A stretch of DNA of 64,000 nt, taken from NCBI GenBank assembly GCA_002269645.1, contig NIVC01001268.1, forward strand, positions 1 to 64,000, written 5' to 3'. Position numbers and translations under genes: made by a program. The notes below the pieces were generated by a model. The model was given only the letters and a program-made list of their open reading frames with translations, was not told the origin of the DNA and ran no database searches. Source of the stretch: Macrostomum lignano. Taxonomy: Eukaryota. This document shows positions 63,677 through 64,000 of this stretch, piece after piece. Numbering within the stretch: position 1 is the stretch's first letter; the number at the start of each line of letters is the position of its first letter.

Positions 63677-64000
63677 TGCTAGGCTAATGTCTAACAGGTT
63701 AGGCTACTGTCTAACAGGTTAGGCTAATGTCTAACAGGTTAGGCTACTGTCTAACAGGTTAGGCTACTGTCTAACTGGTTAGGCTACTGTCTAACAGGTT
63801 AGGCTACTGTCTAACAGGTGAGGCTATTGTCTAACAGGTTAGACTACTGTCTAACAGGTTAGGCTATTGTCTAACAGGTTAGGCTACTGTCTAACAGGTT
63901 AGGCTAATGTCTAACAGGTTAGGCTACTGTCTAACAGGTCAGGCTACTGTCTAACAGGTTAGGCTACTGTCTAACAGGTCAGGCTACTGTCTAACAGGTC
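63677..64000. repeat. 20-bp minisatellite GGCTACTGTCTAACAGGTTA, MATE-B intron 1 (runs off window)
   Basis: Directly visible. Confidence 0.96.

Overview
Eukaryotic (metazoan) genomic DNA with GT-AG introns, GC-rich exons and introns packed with minisatellites and transposon debris. The style resembles a free-living flatworm such as Macrostomum, which is an inference only. I reconstructed six spliced genes by hand and checked exon phases: (1) a 10-exon transglutaminase (minus, 744-5760) with an intact Cys/His/Asp triad but a 1-nt frameshift; (2) a 2-exon orphan membrane-protein gene (minus, 9411-11224); (3) a SMARCD/BAF60 SWI/SNF subunit (plus, 20197-29977); (4) an RNF38/RNF44-like RING-H2 ligase (plus, 34919-37460); (5, 6) two tandem MATE/SLC47 transporter paralogues (minus, 39748-48836 complete; 55801-63630 with exon 1 beyond the window). 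Mobile DNA comprises a hAT transposon with TIRs and 8-bp TSD, two hAT-type MITEs, a mariner nested in a Gypsy RT, four Gypsy fragments, a Penelope fragment and a tRNA-derived SINE with a 12-bp TSD. The most unusual signal is a pervasive CpA>TpA / TpG>TpA (plus CpG) substitution pattern. It appears in kb-scale CpG-free, CTAG/TAGGCCTA-rich patches, in MITE TSD/TIR pairs, in variants of many independent tandem arrays and between the MATE paralogues. It resembles fungal RIP but sits in an animal-type genome. Most long ORFs in the supplied track are repeat artefacts. All counts were made by eye.
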